The notes beneath the pieces were generated by a model. The model was not told where the DNA came from. It did not search any database and was given only the letters and a program-made list of their open reading frames with translations. Shown one piece after another: positions 42,071 to 57,400 of a stretch of 64,000 bases of DNA. The stretch is from the human T2T-CHM13v2.0 reference genome, Homo sapiens. Made by a program: the position numbers and the translations under genes. The stretch is taken from the NCBI RefSeq assembly GCF_009914755.1, contig NC_060928.1. One strand, given 5' to 3'. How positions within the stretch are numbered: position 1 is the first letter of the stretch; each line of letters starts with the position of its first letter.

Positions 42071-44646
42071 AAGTAGCTTTTTAATCTGCATCCTCCTCCC
42101 ACTCTCCACCCTCAAGTAGGCCCTATTTTTTGTTGTTCCCTTCTTTGTGTCCATAGTACTCAATGTTTAGCTCCCATTTATAAATGAGAACATGTGGTAT
42201 TTAGTTTTCTGTTCATGTGTTAGTTGACTTAGGATAATGGCCTCCAGCTCCAACCACATTGCTGCAATGGACAAGATTTCATTCTTTTCATAGCTGCATG
42301 GTATTCTATGGTGTATATGTACCATATTTTCTTTATCCAGTCTACTTTTGATAGGCATTTAAGTTGATTTCATGTCTATGCTATTATGAATAGTGCTGAA
42401 ATAAACACACAGGTGCATGTGTCTTTATGGTGCAATGATTTATATTTCTTTGGATATATACCTAATAATGGGATTGCTGTGTCAAATGGTAATTCTCTTT
42501 TAAGTTTATTGAGAAATCACCAAACTGCTTTCCATAATGGCTGAACTAATTTACATTCCTAACAGCAGTGTTGAGCATTTTTTCATGTGCTTGTTGGAAG
42601 CATATACGTCTTCTTTTAAAAGGTATCTGCTCGTGTTCTTTGCCTACCTTTTTATAGGGTTGTTTTGTGCTTGTAAAGTTAAATTCCTTATAGACTCTAG
42701 ATATTAGACCTCTGTTGGATCCATAGTTTGCAAAATGTTTTTCCCATTGTTTGTTTACTCTGTTGATTGTTTCTTTTGCTGTGAAGAAGTTCTTTTGTTT
42801 AATTAGATTCCATTTATCCACTTTTGTTTTTATTAGAATTGCTTTGGTATCTTAATCATGAAATCATTATTGAAATTATGTCCAGAATGGAATTTCCTAG
42901 GTTATAATGCAGGATTTTTATAGTTTTAGGATTTGCATTTTCTCCGTCTTTAATACATCTTGAGTTGACTTTAGGGGTCCAGTTTCAATCTGCATATGGC
43001 AAACCAGTTATCCCAGCACCATTTTTGAATAGGGAGTCTTTTCCCCATTGCTTGTTTTTGTTGATTTTGTCAAAGATGAGATGGTTGTAGGTGTGTCCAT
43101 TATTTCTGGGCTCTCTATTATGTTCCATTGGTCTATGTGTCTGTTTTTGCAGCAGTGCCATGCTGTTTTGGTTACTGTAGCCTTGTAGTATAGTTTGAAG
43201 TCAGGTTATGTAATGCCTCCAGCTTTGTTCTTATTGCTTAAGATTGCCTTGGCTATTCAGGCTTTTCTTTGGTTCCATGTGAATTTTAAAATAGCTTTTT
43301 TCTAATTCTATAAAGAATGTCATTAGTAGTTTGATAGGAACACTAAACCTATAAATTACTTTGGGAAATATGGCCATTTTAACTACATTGATTCTTTCTA
43401 TCCATGAGCATGGAATGTTTTTCCATTTGTTTATGTCATGTGATTTATTAGAGCATTGTTTTGTAATTCTCATTGTAGAGATCTTTCACCTCCCTGGTTA
43501 GCTGTATGCCTAGTTATTTTATTCTTTTTACGACTGTTGTGAATGAGATTTTGTTCTTGGTTTGGCTCTCAGCTTGGATGTTGTTTGTGTCTAAGAATGA
43601 TACTGACTTTTGTACACTGATTTTGTATCCTGAAACTTTGCTGAAGTTGTTTATCAGATCAAAGAGCTTTTGGGTCAAGACTATGGGTTTTCTAGGTATA
43701 GAACCATATTGTCTGCAAACAGGGATAGCTTGACTTTGTCTCTTCCTCTTTGATGTATTTTATTTCTTTTGCTTGCCTGGTTGCTCTGGCTAGCAATTCC
43801 AGTACTAGTCGAATAAGAGTGGTGAGAGAGGGCATCCTTGTCCTGGTTTTCAAGGGGAATGTTTCCCACTTTTGCCAATTCATTTTGATATTGACTATGG
43901 GTTTTTCATAAATGGCTCTTACTATTTTGAAGTTTGTTTCCTCAATGCCTAGTTTGTTGAGGGTTTTAAACATGAAGGTATGTCAAACTTTATTGAAAGC
44001 CTTTCTACATTTATTGAGATGGTCATGTGTTGTTTGTTTTTAGTTCTGTTTATGTGGTGAATCATATTTATTGATTTTCATATATTGAACCAACCTTGCA
44101 TCTTAGGGATAAAGCCTACTTGATTGTAGTGGATTAGCTTTTTGATGTGCCATTGGATTTGACTTGCAAGTATTTTGTTAAGGATTTTTGCAACAATGTT
44201 TATCAAGGATATTGGCCTTAGTTTTCTTTTCTAGAGTTGTCTCTGCAAGGTTTTGGTATCAGGATTATGCTGGCCTCATGGAACAAGTTAAGGAAGAGTC
44301 CCTCCTCCTCAATTTTTTAAGAATAGTTTCAATAGGAATGGTACCAGATCTTCTTTATACACCTGGTAAAATTCAGCTATGAATCTGACTGATTCTGGGC
44401 TTTTTCTGGTTGGTAGGCTTTTAATCACAGATTCAATTTCAGAACTCATTATTGGTCTGTTCAGGAATTCAGTTTCTTCCTGGTTCAAACTTGAAAGGTT
44501 GTATGTTTCCAGAAATGTATCCATTTCTTCTAGGATTTCTAATGTGTGTACCTAGAGGTGTTTGTGGTAGTCTCTTAGAGATTTTTGGATTTATGTTGGG
44601 TCAGGAGTAATGTCCCCTTTGTCATTTCTGATTGTGTTTATTTGGA
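42071..44646 (-). mobile_element. Second L1 fragment (ORF2 to partial 3'UTR), disrupted
   Basis: ORF2-like peptides [39 protein letters not shown] and [10 protein letters not shown]; many frameshifts. Confidence 0.93.
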
Positions 44647-45267
44647 GATCTAGATGCTTACCAGAATGTCAATTAAGCTACAAATGCTAAAAGCAATTGC
44701 CTCTATTTTTCTCTTTAAGAAAATGTTGATGTTTAAAACAACTGTGGTGAGGAAAATAAAAAATTTAGTATTATCAAGGGGCATTTTTTGTATTATATAT
44801 TTAGATATTCTCTAAATATATTTATATATTCCTATCATATGGAAAAAGTTTTAAGCATATAAATTTCTTGCACTTTTTAATAAGTTCTACTTTTGGCTCT
44901 AAGTTTGGCAATATCTGGGAAATATTCATGCTTAAACTCAAATACAGATATAATTATTGAGTATGAAATAATTATATTTCTGATCTTATCCAGATTTATA
45001 TGTATTTTTAAATGAACAGAAGAAATTATTTGTACCAATATATCAATGATGGTTATTTCTGGATGGTAGGATTTTTTCTTATTATTCTTAAGATTTTCTA
45101 CATTTTCTAAAATGAAAACTTCTTTCTCTTTATTCAGTAACAACATTGCTATAAATTTTTAATTGTGCTGTTATTTAATACAGTTAATCTCGTTTTAGCT
45201 ATCTAAATGTCATGATGTAAAAATAACAGCTTTCAAAATATATTTTTGATAGAAACTTGAGCATTAA

Positions 45268-45456
<189 letters not shown>

Positions 45457-46932
45457 TAACTAAATGTCCATTTTATAAAGCTTATTTGAAAAAGGGAGTT
45501 AAGTTTTAAGATAGAAGCAGATAAATCTACTTAAGATAATGTCTTAAATATAAATAAAATAAACAAATCTATGGATATATTTATATATTACAGTATAAAA
45601 TATATAAATCATTACATAATAATATATAATATATAGTAATAATATATATGTATTAATACTTAAACTTACTTATTCTGAAATTTTTTCACACTCTGTCCTT
45701 CACTTCTATGAAATATGCTTAAGAATTCTCACTTTGTGGTTATTACAGAGAAGATTCTGAAGAAATAAAATTATAGAACTTAAAATTAGATGTTAGGTTT
45801 TCTATTTGAAAACAAATATATTAATTAAATAGTTGTAAAATTAACCAAATAACAAACAAAAAATATCACAATATTTTGCAGTTGGATTTTGGCTTACAAG
45901 GTTGTGGTCAGTAACCTTTGGATGTTGGTAAAGAAATGGTAATAAGGTAAAAGAACTAAATATTTACAGTATATATTAATAAGAAACTGTTGAGTAAAAA
46001 TGTGCAACTGAGAATAAATATTAAAGGTTTTAATTTTTCAGTTAAGGGTAAATACAAGAAGATGGAATAATAAATATCCAATGTTCAAAAAGAGTAAAGT
46101 TCAGAGATAGTTTTATAATTTGTCAATCACATCAGAATAAAATATACAGAAAGCTATATTTTATAGGGAATGTCACACCTTTTGGAAAACTTTGTAAGTT
46201 GGGGACAAATAAAATCTTTGATTCTAGAAGATTTGGGTTTCTGCTGTCTCTTCTCTCTCACTTGTCAGCTGGGTAACTTCAGTGGCAATAATAAAGAGAA
46301 AAGTTGCAAACATAGAGACCCACCAAAAAGGAGAAAGCAGCTCTTCTTCATACTCTATCTGAATCAGCATACTATTAACATATTTGATCTTTGCCTATAT
46401 GATAAATTTTAAAACTAGCTTAGGGTTAACATTTTTATTTACATACATCTTTTAAAGACTGAGGTTAAGAATTTTTGCAAACATTTGAAATAATTATTAT
46501 TTCCTTTTCTATAAGCTGCCTATTCTTGTGTTTTGCCCATTTTTACATCAGATTGTTTTTTAAATTGCAGGATACTGGCAAGTGCCTGGCCTTCCAGGGA
46601 CTGAAGCTGCCTTATCTCACCTCAGCTGCCTTTCTGATCCAAGCTTGAAAAAACCCATCCCAAGACCTATGTTGGGCTGCTGTGGCTCTGTCTGTGAAAT
46701 GGGCTGAAACTTCTGGCTGGCGTGGGACCAAGGCAGAGACAGAACCACGTGGTTCCACCCCAGTTCCATGGCATTGGCAGGGCCATGGAACTTGGATTAA
46801 AACTACTGAAGTGACACAAATAAAGACCCAAACTGAAGGATTGGTGAGGAATGCCCCCACCACCTCAAATGAGCAGACACTACCATCCACTTCAGTGGAT
46901 TCATTTAAATTAATAACATATTATAACCCCCC

Positions 46933-46981
46933 TTCTCTCTTTTTCTCTCTCTTTCACTCTTTCTCTCTCTCTACATATGCG

Positions 46982-47032
<51 letters not shown>

Positions 47033-47111
47033 CACACACACAGGATATGGATATACATACACACATATATAGAGATAATATAATATGTATATACATATAT
47101 ATATATCTATC

Positions 47112-47143
<32 letters not shown>

Positions 47144-47156
47144 AAGAGAGAGAGAA
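46933..47156. repeat. Compound (TC)n-(TA)n-(CA)n...(TA)n-(GA)n microsatellite
   Basis: Seen directly. Confidence 0.95.
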
Positions 47157-47571
47157 TGTAATATGTTCTTCCAGAAACTTGCCATTGCTCCATCAAGAGG
47201 TAGAGATATTTATTCTTCTCGTGAAACTGGTTGGGTCCTTATAACTGCTTCAATTAAACGTAACATGGCAGAAATAGTATGGCACAACTTACAAGACTAG
47301 GTTAAAAAGTACAATTTCTGCCAGGTTCTGTTTCTTGGAACGCTTACCATTGGAACCTAATTACCTGGTAGTAGGAAAATTCAGACTAATTGTAACACTA
47401 CCTGTACTGTAGTTATTGGGAGAAGGCCAAGATAAGGTACCAGCCCCCTGGCTTTTCACTATCAGTTACCACTCCTGATAGTGAAAAGCCTTAGATAAGT
47501 TCAGCCCCCACGTGTAGAATCAACTTAAGCTTTTAATTTGTTAGTTGAGTCCCCAAGCATCATTGAATAGA

Positions 47572-48574
47572 TGTGGGTGGCAAGCCACCCAGGTGCCGAG
47601 GCAAGAGACCGAGGGCACGAGCTGTTCCAGTATAATAAAATATATAAAATAAGAATAGTTACACTAGATATAGATCATACATATGATTATATATGAATAT
47701 CATTAATCATTAGTTTGTAGCAATTACTCTTTATTTCAATATTATAATAATCCTCACTCTACAATCATAACCTAGGAACAACCAGGCCATACAGAGACAG
47801 GAGCTGAGGGGACATAGTGAGAAGTGACCAGAAGACAAGAGTGTGAGCCTTCTGTTATGCCTGGACAGGGCCACCAAAAGGCTCCTTGGTCTAGTGGTAA
47901 CGCCAGCATCTGGGAAGACACCTGTTGCTAGGAGGACCACGGTCAAGCGGTAGAGTCAGCGTCAAGGAAAAACACCCGCTACTTATCGGACTGGGAAAGG
48001 GAGTCTCCCTTTCCCCAGGGGAGTTTAGAGAAGACTCTACTCCTCCACCTCTTGTGGAGGGCCTGACATCAGTCAGGCCCGTCCGCAGTTACCCAGAGGC
48101 CTAACCGTCTCCCTGTGATGCTGTGCTTCACTGGTCATGCTCCTAGTCTGCCTTCATGTTCCATCCTGTACACCTGACTCTGCCTTTTAGATAGCAGTAG
48201 CAAATTAGTGAAAGTACTAAAAGTCTCTGATAAGCAGAAATAATGGCATAAGCTGTCTCTCTCTCTCTCTCTTCTCTCTCTCTGCCTCAGCTGCCAGGCA
48301 GGAAAGGGCCCCCTGTCCAGTGGACACGTGATCCACGTTACCTTACCTATCACTGGAGATGGCCCACACTCCTTACCCTGCCCCTTTGTCTTATATCCAA
48401 TAAATATCAGCACAGCCCAGCATTCGGGGACACTACCGGTCTCTGTGTGGTAGTGGTCCCCCGGGACCCAGCTGTCTTTTCTTTCATCTCTTTGTCTTGC
48501 GTCTTTATTTCTACACTCACTCGTCTCTGCACACAGGGAGAAAACCCACCAACCCTGTGGGGCTGGACCCTACA
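47572..48574 (+). mobile_element. Solo LTR13-type (HERV-K class II) LTR inside an MLT1-like LTR
   Basis: Runs from tgtgggtggcaagccacccagg to ggctggaccctaca, 1003 bp, AATAAA near 48399; 6-bp TSD aataga and aacaga. Confidence 0.9.
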
Positions 48575-50595
48575 AACAGATACAACCATTTCCCTTCTGT
48601 CACCTGAATTTTAGACTGCCCCATTATATTTGTGAACATACCAAATGTTTGTTTTGCACTGCTGAATTTTAGGGTAATTTTTGACATGACAATAAATAAC
48701 TAGAATAGTAAGAATTGCCATAAGCAAATTAAATATATGGAATTAATTAATAGCAATAATATTGAGATGGAATATAATTGGCTCAATCATAAAGACAATT
48801 TTCTTAAGATGACCAATATATTACTACACAAAAATAATACAGCATAAGTAGATGAAATATACTTTGCTTATGGAATCATAGATAAAATAAACAATGTACA
48901 AGTTCACAATTTTGGTCTCTCATGAAGCTAAATGTTTCTTGAGAGTGGAGATCATGTCTAATTCAAATTTTGGCATAGGAGCTTAATGTGATTAATTAAC
49001 AAATTAATGATTAAAACAAGTACTGATGGAAGGATGTAATAGCATTTTCTCTGTACTGATTGAAATTAGTATTGAACATTTATACTTCTAAAAGTCAGAC
49101 AATAATTATAGAAATTACTAACTACTTCTACTCTCCAAACACATATACGTAGAAACACTAGATTAATGAAATCTTAAAGACATCATGTAAGACATATACG
49201 TGTAGATTCATTCTAGTTCAAGATTTTAAAAATTAGTCTTCTCAATGAATGGCAGGACTAGAATATAGTAGTAGTATAAGTAATTACTAGTAATAAGATT
49301 TTTAGTGTTAATTACACTACATTTTTTTTTTACCATTTTTCAACCTATGAGAACTCCTGTTCTCCATAAATAGAATTCAAATAGGAAGGAAAATATCTGT
49401 GAGTTAGTTTTTTGACCAGTAATAATGTAGCAAAATCTGTCTACATTGTACTTGTTCCTCTGTAAAGACATGTTTCAAATTACCCACAATTTGAACAATT
49501 TGACACTACACACTACACATTTATATGGCATCTGAAAATATTGTTTGTGCCCAAATTGCTTGAAATAGTTAAATCAATCTCTTAAACTAAAAAAAAAATT
49601 GTATATAAAACTATTGGTGTGATGCATCTGACATCTGGACCAATTGTCAGCTATAGATAATTAGGTCTCTTAATGGTTCCATGTATCTATTTTCAATCTA
49701 GATCAGACCTTGTAATTAAAACTTCTTTAAATAGGATACAGCTTTTTTAGATAATGCAAAATTCTGATTGAATTCAATAGAGGGATGCTATATCATACAA
49801 CCTTTGTCTCTAGACAATCATTACATTTTTAAAGTTTTCATGCTTGACTGCCTAAAAGCAATGCAAAGTATTCCATGTAGACCTACTAGAGTAGCGGTTT
49901 TGTAAGACTTGAACACCGCTACTGAATCTATAGATATCTCTGGTATATAAAATTTCCTACTTAAAATGCAACTAAGCATAACCTAAATATTTAAGAGGTT
50001 CTTTATTAGATTGATGATAAAACTTACTGTGTTGATTATGGATAGAAAACAATAAACTTCTGTTGAAGTTTACATGTTGGGCCATTGGTAAAGTTTTTTC
50101 ATGATATAAATAATTCCAGCCTCTCATCTATTTAATTCTCAGGCACATCATAAATGGCAGCATGTCATGGATCATCAGACTCATTCATGAATAGTTTAAA
50201 ATCAGCATTTTGATTTTCAACTACATTCTACCAATGCAGTGTTTAGTCTTTTACATCACTTATTTCATTAAGAATTGCAAATAATTTGCACTCTCTACCA
50301 GGGAAATATATAATAGGAATATAGCCTCAGTATTCCTTTCCTCTTCTATTAGAAACATGATCCCAATATTTCCATTACCCCTTCCTCAATATACTCCTTG
50401 TTGAAGGGACAGTCAATTAAAGTAATTTTTAAATCCAAGAAAGTGGCAAGCTACTAATTCCAATGAGTCTCTCCTCTGGGATTTAAAATCTTGGACAGAG
50501 GGGCACAGAGAAAATTAAGAGTGCATTTGTTACTTGCTACTATGTACACCAGGTTTCAGAAAATAAAAATCAGCTTTCTGTTTTTATAAAAAGTA

Positions 50596-50890
50596 TTTTT
50601 TTTTTTTATGAGACGGAGTCTCGCTCTGTCGCCCAGGCTGGCATGCAGTGGCTCGATCTTGGCTCACTGCAAGCTCCGCCTCCCTGGGTTCACGCCATTC
50701 TCCTGTCTCAGCCTCCCGAGTAGCTGGGACTACAGGCGTCCGCCACCACGCCCGGCTAATTTCTGTATTTTTAGTAGAGACGGGATTTCACCTTGTTAGC
50801 CAGGATGGTCTCAATCTCCTGACCTCATGACCTGCCTGCCTCAGCCTCCCAAAGTGCTGGGATTACAGGCGTGAGCCACCGTGCCCAGCC
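50596..50890 (-). mobile_element. AluY-like inserted in a MER58-like element
   Basis: Reverse Alu; aaaaagt on both flanks. Confidence 0.96.
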
Positions 50891-51399
<509 letters not shown>

Positions 51400-51897
51400 A
51401 ATTTCTATTTTTCATGAGCCAATTTGTTCAGTTATTATTTGGGGTTTGTAAAATACATAGAATCCTATCAAAAGTTCATTTGTCCTCAATTTGATTAGAG
51501 TCAGTTTCTTCAGCTTGTATTCAAAGAGCATCAATTGATCTAAAAATTGGTTTCATTGGGGTGGGGGTGGAGGCAGCAACAGATCTCTGTATTTGAGTAT
51601 TTGGAATTATTTACCCACACTAAAATGAGTAAACAAACAGAAGTGAGATTGTAGTTTAAAAATTGAGATGAGAAAATAGTAACTCCCCCGAATATGAATT
51701 ATCAGAGCAGTTCGTGAACCTGTCAACTGTGGCCCCTGGATCCTTTGAATTAACTGATAATTCTAACTGCTACTGTGGAATAAGTTAAATATCACAAAGA
51801 ATGCATACTCTATAAAGTGGAATGCTTACTTATGACAGCACTGTATTACCTAAAATTAAAAAAATGTTTTCTGAATTAGGATGAAGTTGTTTTCTCC

Positions 51898-52166
51898 TTT
51901 CTTTTTAGACAAAGTCTCACTCTGTCAACTAGGCTACAGTACAGTGGCACTATTTTGGCTTACCGTAACCTCTGCCTTCTGGGTTCAAGCTATTCTGCTG
52001 CCTCAGCCTCTTGAGTAACTGGGATTATAGGCATGCTCCACCACACCTAGGTAATTTTTGCATTTTTAGTAGAGATGGGGTTTCACTATGCTGAAACCTC
52101 GAGTGATTCACCTGCCGTGGCCTCCCAAAGCACTGGGATTACTGGTGTGAGCCACTACACTTGGCC
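51898..52166 (-). mobile_element. Older diverged Alu
   Basis: Reverse Alu with an internal deletion; TSD tgttttctc. Confidence 0.9.
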
Positions 52167-52339
52167 TGTTTTCTCTTGCTTACAACCGAAGAAATATAAC
52201 TGAGCCACCCTTAATTGGGACAGATTAATTTATGGTGCTTCATAGCCCAACGTCGATATGTTTTTCCCTGCATCAATGCCTCCAAATGACCATTGTTTGC
52301 TGCTAATATGTGAGGTAACAAATATATGGAGACACTCTC

Positions 52340-52708
52340 TGATATGGTTTGGCTGTGTCCCCACTCAAATCTCATCTTGAATTGTAGTTCCCATAATTCC
52401 CATGTGTCATGGGAAGGACTCGGTGGGAGGTAGTTGAATCATGGAGATGGGTCTTTCTCATGCTGTTCTCGTGATAGTGAATAAGTCAAGTCTGATGAGA
52501 AGTGATGGTTTTATAAAACGGAGTTCCTCCACACAAGCTCTCCTGCCTGCTGCCACCTAAGACGTGACTTTGCTCCTCATTCGCTTTCTACCATGATTGT
52601 GAGGCCTCCTCAGACAGGTGGAACTGTAAGTCAATTAAACCTCTTTCACTTCTAAATTACCCAGTTTTGGGTAGGTCTTTATTAGCAGCATGGGAACAGA
52701 CTAATACA
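52340..52708 (+). mobile_element. THE1-type MaLR solo LTR
   Basis: Runs from tgatatggtttggctgtgtcccca to acagactaataca; TSD ctctc and ctgtc. Confidence 0.93.
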
Positions 52709-52826
52709 CTGTCCAGTTTGTTATATTAAAAGGTATCCATTTTACCTATAAAAAAACTATAGCAGCTGTAAGAACACTTCTCTAAATAATATAGATTAAT
52801 AAATGTCATAGATAAGTCAAGTCACG

Positions 52827-52974
52827 AGACTTGACTTATTCACTATCACAAGAACAGCATAAGACCCACCTCCATGATTCAACTACCTCCCACCGGGCCC
52901 CTCCCATGACACATGGGAATTATGGGAACTACAATTCAAGATGAGATTTGAGTGGGGACACAGCCAAACCATAT
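52827..52974 (-). repeat. Inverted copy of the first about 150 bp of the neighbouring THE1 LTR
   Basis: Reverse complement of about 52342-52493. Confidence 0.92.
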
Positions 52975-53439
52975 GTGACGTTATTAAGTACAGAGAGGCA
53001 GCCAAAGAATATGAGTCATTGCAGGTATCCATGTCAATAAAAACAATAACAATGATGCCTCATATCTATGTCAGAAAAAATATTAACATAATAGCTTATT
53101 TTCTGTTTCCACTACTATATTTATTTTCTTACTCCATCTCTAGAATTGTCCAAAGCATTGTTTCTTTTTTTTTTTTTTTGCTTTGGTAGCTTTTATGTTA
53201 TGAAGCAAAAAGCAGCACTTGCTAAGTATGCAAGTGCTTTAGTTTGTTAGTGAATTTCTAGACTAAGTGAGAAGGACTTGTTAAATTATTGTAGCTGATA
53301 AAAAGATTGAGTTATGTGCTTAGAGTTTATGAGGCAAACAATAGCTATATCCAGTAGTAGTAAGATATATTAACAAAACAGGAAAGAGCAGAATTTTTGG
53401 AACAGGTTCAAAAGGAAAATGGGAATGTTTTAGAGTTGA

Positions 53440-53797
<358 letters not shown>

Positions 53798-54420
53798 TAA
53801 ATGAAGGATTGTTATAGGATGTGGCTTGAGCACCTTATAAGTAATGCTCTCATCTTGAATGTTTCAGGAAAAGAGCTCATTCTTGTGTCTGACATAAAAG
53901 TCAAGCAGCTCCCAGACTTTAAAGGATTATTTTGGTCTACAAAATGCACATGTCTATAGAATCTGATATAAATCAAATATGACAGAACCCTTTTTAAAAT
54001 ATGTTGTAATACGTCAAACACTTAAAGCCATTTTTTTTTAAAATGATGATGATGGTGCAAGAGTCATCAGTATTGATGAGACTGAATTATTTTACCAATA
54101 TAGGATGACTGGGAATCAGAAACTTAGATTTGTTTTAAGAACTAAAGAAGTGTAAAATTCCTTGCACCCTGGTATAATCTGCAATATAACTGATATATAG
54201 GTCCTGTAATATATAATATTAAAACTGTTAAATTATTGTTTCTGTTTATAAGTGAAGAAAGTACAAGAGAATCATGTTCTCTGACTGGTATGATAGAGTA
54301 GATAGAAGGAATGAAGTTTCTTATTATATAGAATAGATGTAGCCTAATGACCATTTGAATACAAAATCAGAGGTAGCTATAGCATTTTATAAGGCTTGGG
54401 TTTCTGGACATGGGTACTAT

Positions 54421-57400
54421 TGTTCCTGGACCAAACTGAGGATCGGGCTGCTATTTCTCATGGCCCAGTAACAAGATGCAGATGAACTGAGGAGAAAGAA
54501 AGCTTTTATTTCTGTAACCCGTTACAGGGAGAAGGTCTGGAAATTATCGCCAGACCAACTCAAAATTAGAAAGTGTTTCAGGGCTTATATACCTTCTAAG
54601 CTATATGTCTATGTGTAAGTGTGCATTCATCTAAAGACATAAGTGATTAACTTCTTTTAATCTATAACTAAGGTCAGAGTCCTGAAGACCTTTTTCTGGG
54701 GCCTCAGTAAGTTTACTTAATCTAAATGTGTCTAGGTGCTGGGGTGATTTCCTTTATCTTGTCTCCTGCTAAATCATGGGGGTTTGAGGAGTTCCTTCAG
54801 ACCCCCAGTAAATTTGTTTGTGGAGGCCTGGAGCGTTTCTTCAGACTCCCAATAAACTTGTTTAATCCTAAATGGGTCCTGTTAAGAATTCCTTTGTTAT
54901 TTTTGCCATGCTTTAAGGTCCAGGAAAGGCCTAGGCAAAACTCTTGATGGGCTTTTGTTACATTTCAGCCTTTGTATAAGGGCACTGGTTTTTTCTTTAG
55001 TTTTTAATATTTAACTTAACCACTCTGTCAGTACTGAAACAGTTGTAATGGAGGCCTGAGTTAGTGAAAACTGGCCTGCCACAATCGCCACTGTCGATTT
55101 GTGCATGATTCCTATCATACTTGTATGTTTATTTATCATGAGAATCATAGGGAGATGAGGCATCCTAACCTTTCTGGCTACTTCCTTCTGAGAGAGTGTC
55201 ATTGTTATGGGGCAATGAACACAGCGCTGGAGTGAAAGAGGTAGATTTGTTCCTAGTAGCTCTCTCTGTTTCGGGGGCTTAGGGGCAGCACCTGCTGAAA
55301 CATGTAGTCTTCAATTCACAGAGCTTTAAGAAAGTACAGCTCAGGTTTTAGTGACTCCCAGTTAGGAAATTGAGAGAAAAGGAAAAGAAAAAGAAAAAAA
55401 TTGAAAACATTATTTTGGAGACTTGTAGCCACAAAAATTAGAATTTAATCCAAACTGTAGAAAATAATAAAAATTGCAAAACATTAGGCAAGACTAGAAT
55501 TTAACAACAGGTGTACCACAGTTTTTGAAACATTATTTTTCTCTCTCCAGTTTCCCATTTTCATTAAAAGACAAATCATGGCAGGACTGGTTTGATTTAT
55601 TATACTTGGCCTAATTATTTGTATACAGTGCAGCAAGAATAATTATTTTTTAAATAGGTCTTTGAAATTGGCTTTGATGGAACTTTGTTCCATAGAAGGA
55701 ATCTCAGATAAGACTTTTTAAAGCCCAGCCCAGCCATGGATTGTGCCATCAAATACCTAGGAGTTAGGTGAAACTTCTTTTCCTCTTCAGGTTCCAGGAT
55801 AAACCTGGGGCTTCTGCACCTGTCAGAAAGTGACATTCTTTACTTACCACAGGTCAGAATCCCTGTACATGGACTGCATCCACAAAATGAGAAGCCAGTT
55901 TTTCCAAGGGCTTTCTTGGCTCCATAAGTCAAGTTTGATTCCTTAAAGGAGAGCACACCATTCCAGTCAAAGCCTTGGTAAAATAAGCAGTTTCTCCAAT
56001 TGTGTTCAGTAACAAATGAAAACAGATTCTTATGGCACTTATGCAAATAAACGTTTTGCCATAAGTTAAGCATACCCACAAGTAGTTTCTAATTCTGGAC
56101 AAATCAGGTAGAGAGAAACAAATATGCTCCAAATTTTGTCCATAGTTGTATACCAAATTGTTAAAAGCTGTTAATAGCTAAAAAGAAAAGTTTCCTTGAC
56201 TCTGAAAAGCAAAACAAAGAATTAGCAGCCAAAATTAATTCAGTTTATGCATTTAATTCCTATCCTGCTTGACACTGATGAACATTTTAGCTCTTTAAGA
56301 ATCTTGAACATTTTTTCTGTATTCCGATTTCACAATCTCCAAGGATATTAGGAACCTGCATTCCAGAGCACCTGTTAGAGCTTTATAGTTGATTATAAAA
56401 CTACCTTCTAAAGAGGACCAAAACAAGACAGGAATTGTTTATTTATGGGTGACAAAAAGTTTTAGGGTAGCCATAGTTAAAGACACAATTGAAAAGGAAA
56501 TCTGTTACCTCTGTGGCACACAATAATTTTAATATAAATTATTACTGATTATAATTATTACTGATAATGTACACTAAGTTATATCAGAATGATAGGAGTT
56601 TCACATGATTTGGAACACATACCAATGACATATTTATCTAAAGAAAGCCAAACACCATTTAATATTTGACAATGCTTCCTGTTTAATTTTTATACCAAAT
56701 AAGCCAAATTTTACCTTTACATTAGGGTACTATTAATGTTAAACCCAATTCTTAATAAACTTTATAGACATATTTACCCAATTTTAATGTTTGACCATAA
56801 GGTAAGACTTTTATAGACCTTTTATAACCCTTAACAATTTTTGTTAAAGAGCAGATTAGTGCTCTAAGAGAAACCCATTGTGCTTTTAATGCTCAATTTA
56901 CAGAAAAACTGGATGATACTCCTTCAACTTTAGCCAATATGTTTACACACAGAATTTCCTTTACTATTAACCTTCCACAACTTGCGTAAACCTTTATTTC
57001 TATTTTATCCAACTTAAAACAATCCTTTAACCTTTTAATCTAGGTAAAAATCCATATTCACCTTCCTCCTTATAATCTTTTTAACCAAAGTATATTTTAC
57101 TTTCCTTACGTACCTTGCATGTAAACTCTTTTTTCAATAGTCTTAAATACATGCTACACTGTTAACTCTTAGCAACCTTTACTTTTGGTGAAAACCTTGG
57201 TAAATTTGAGATTTTAATTATGTACTAGGCATGGAGCCTAGGACCTAGACAGAAGTGCAGATAAGGTCTGACTTATTCCAGCATCTAACTCCATGTGCCC
57301 CAGGCCTTGCTCAGCTGAAAGCCGGCAAGTTGTACAGCTAAGAGTCATAGTGGCATTTTATAAAGCATTTAGGAGGCCTAATCAACTTTCAATTATACAA

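Noticed and set aside
41969-44524. Reverse-transcriptase-like ORFs as a novel RT system
   Set aside because: They are fragmented L1 ORF2 relics with stops and frameshifts.
46682-47300. 133-aa and neighbouring ORFs
   Set aside because: They are kept open by microsatellite sequence and show no homology I recognise.
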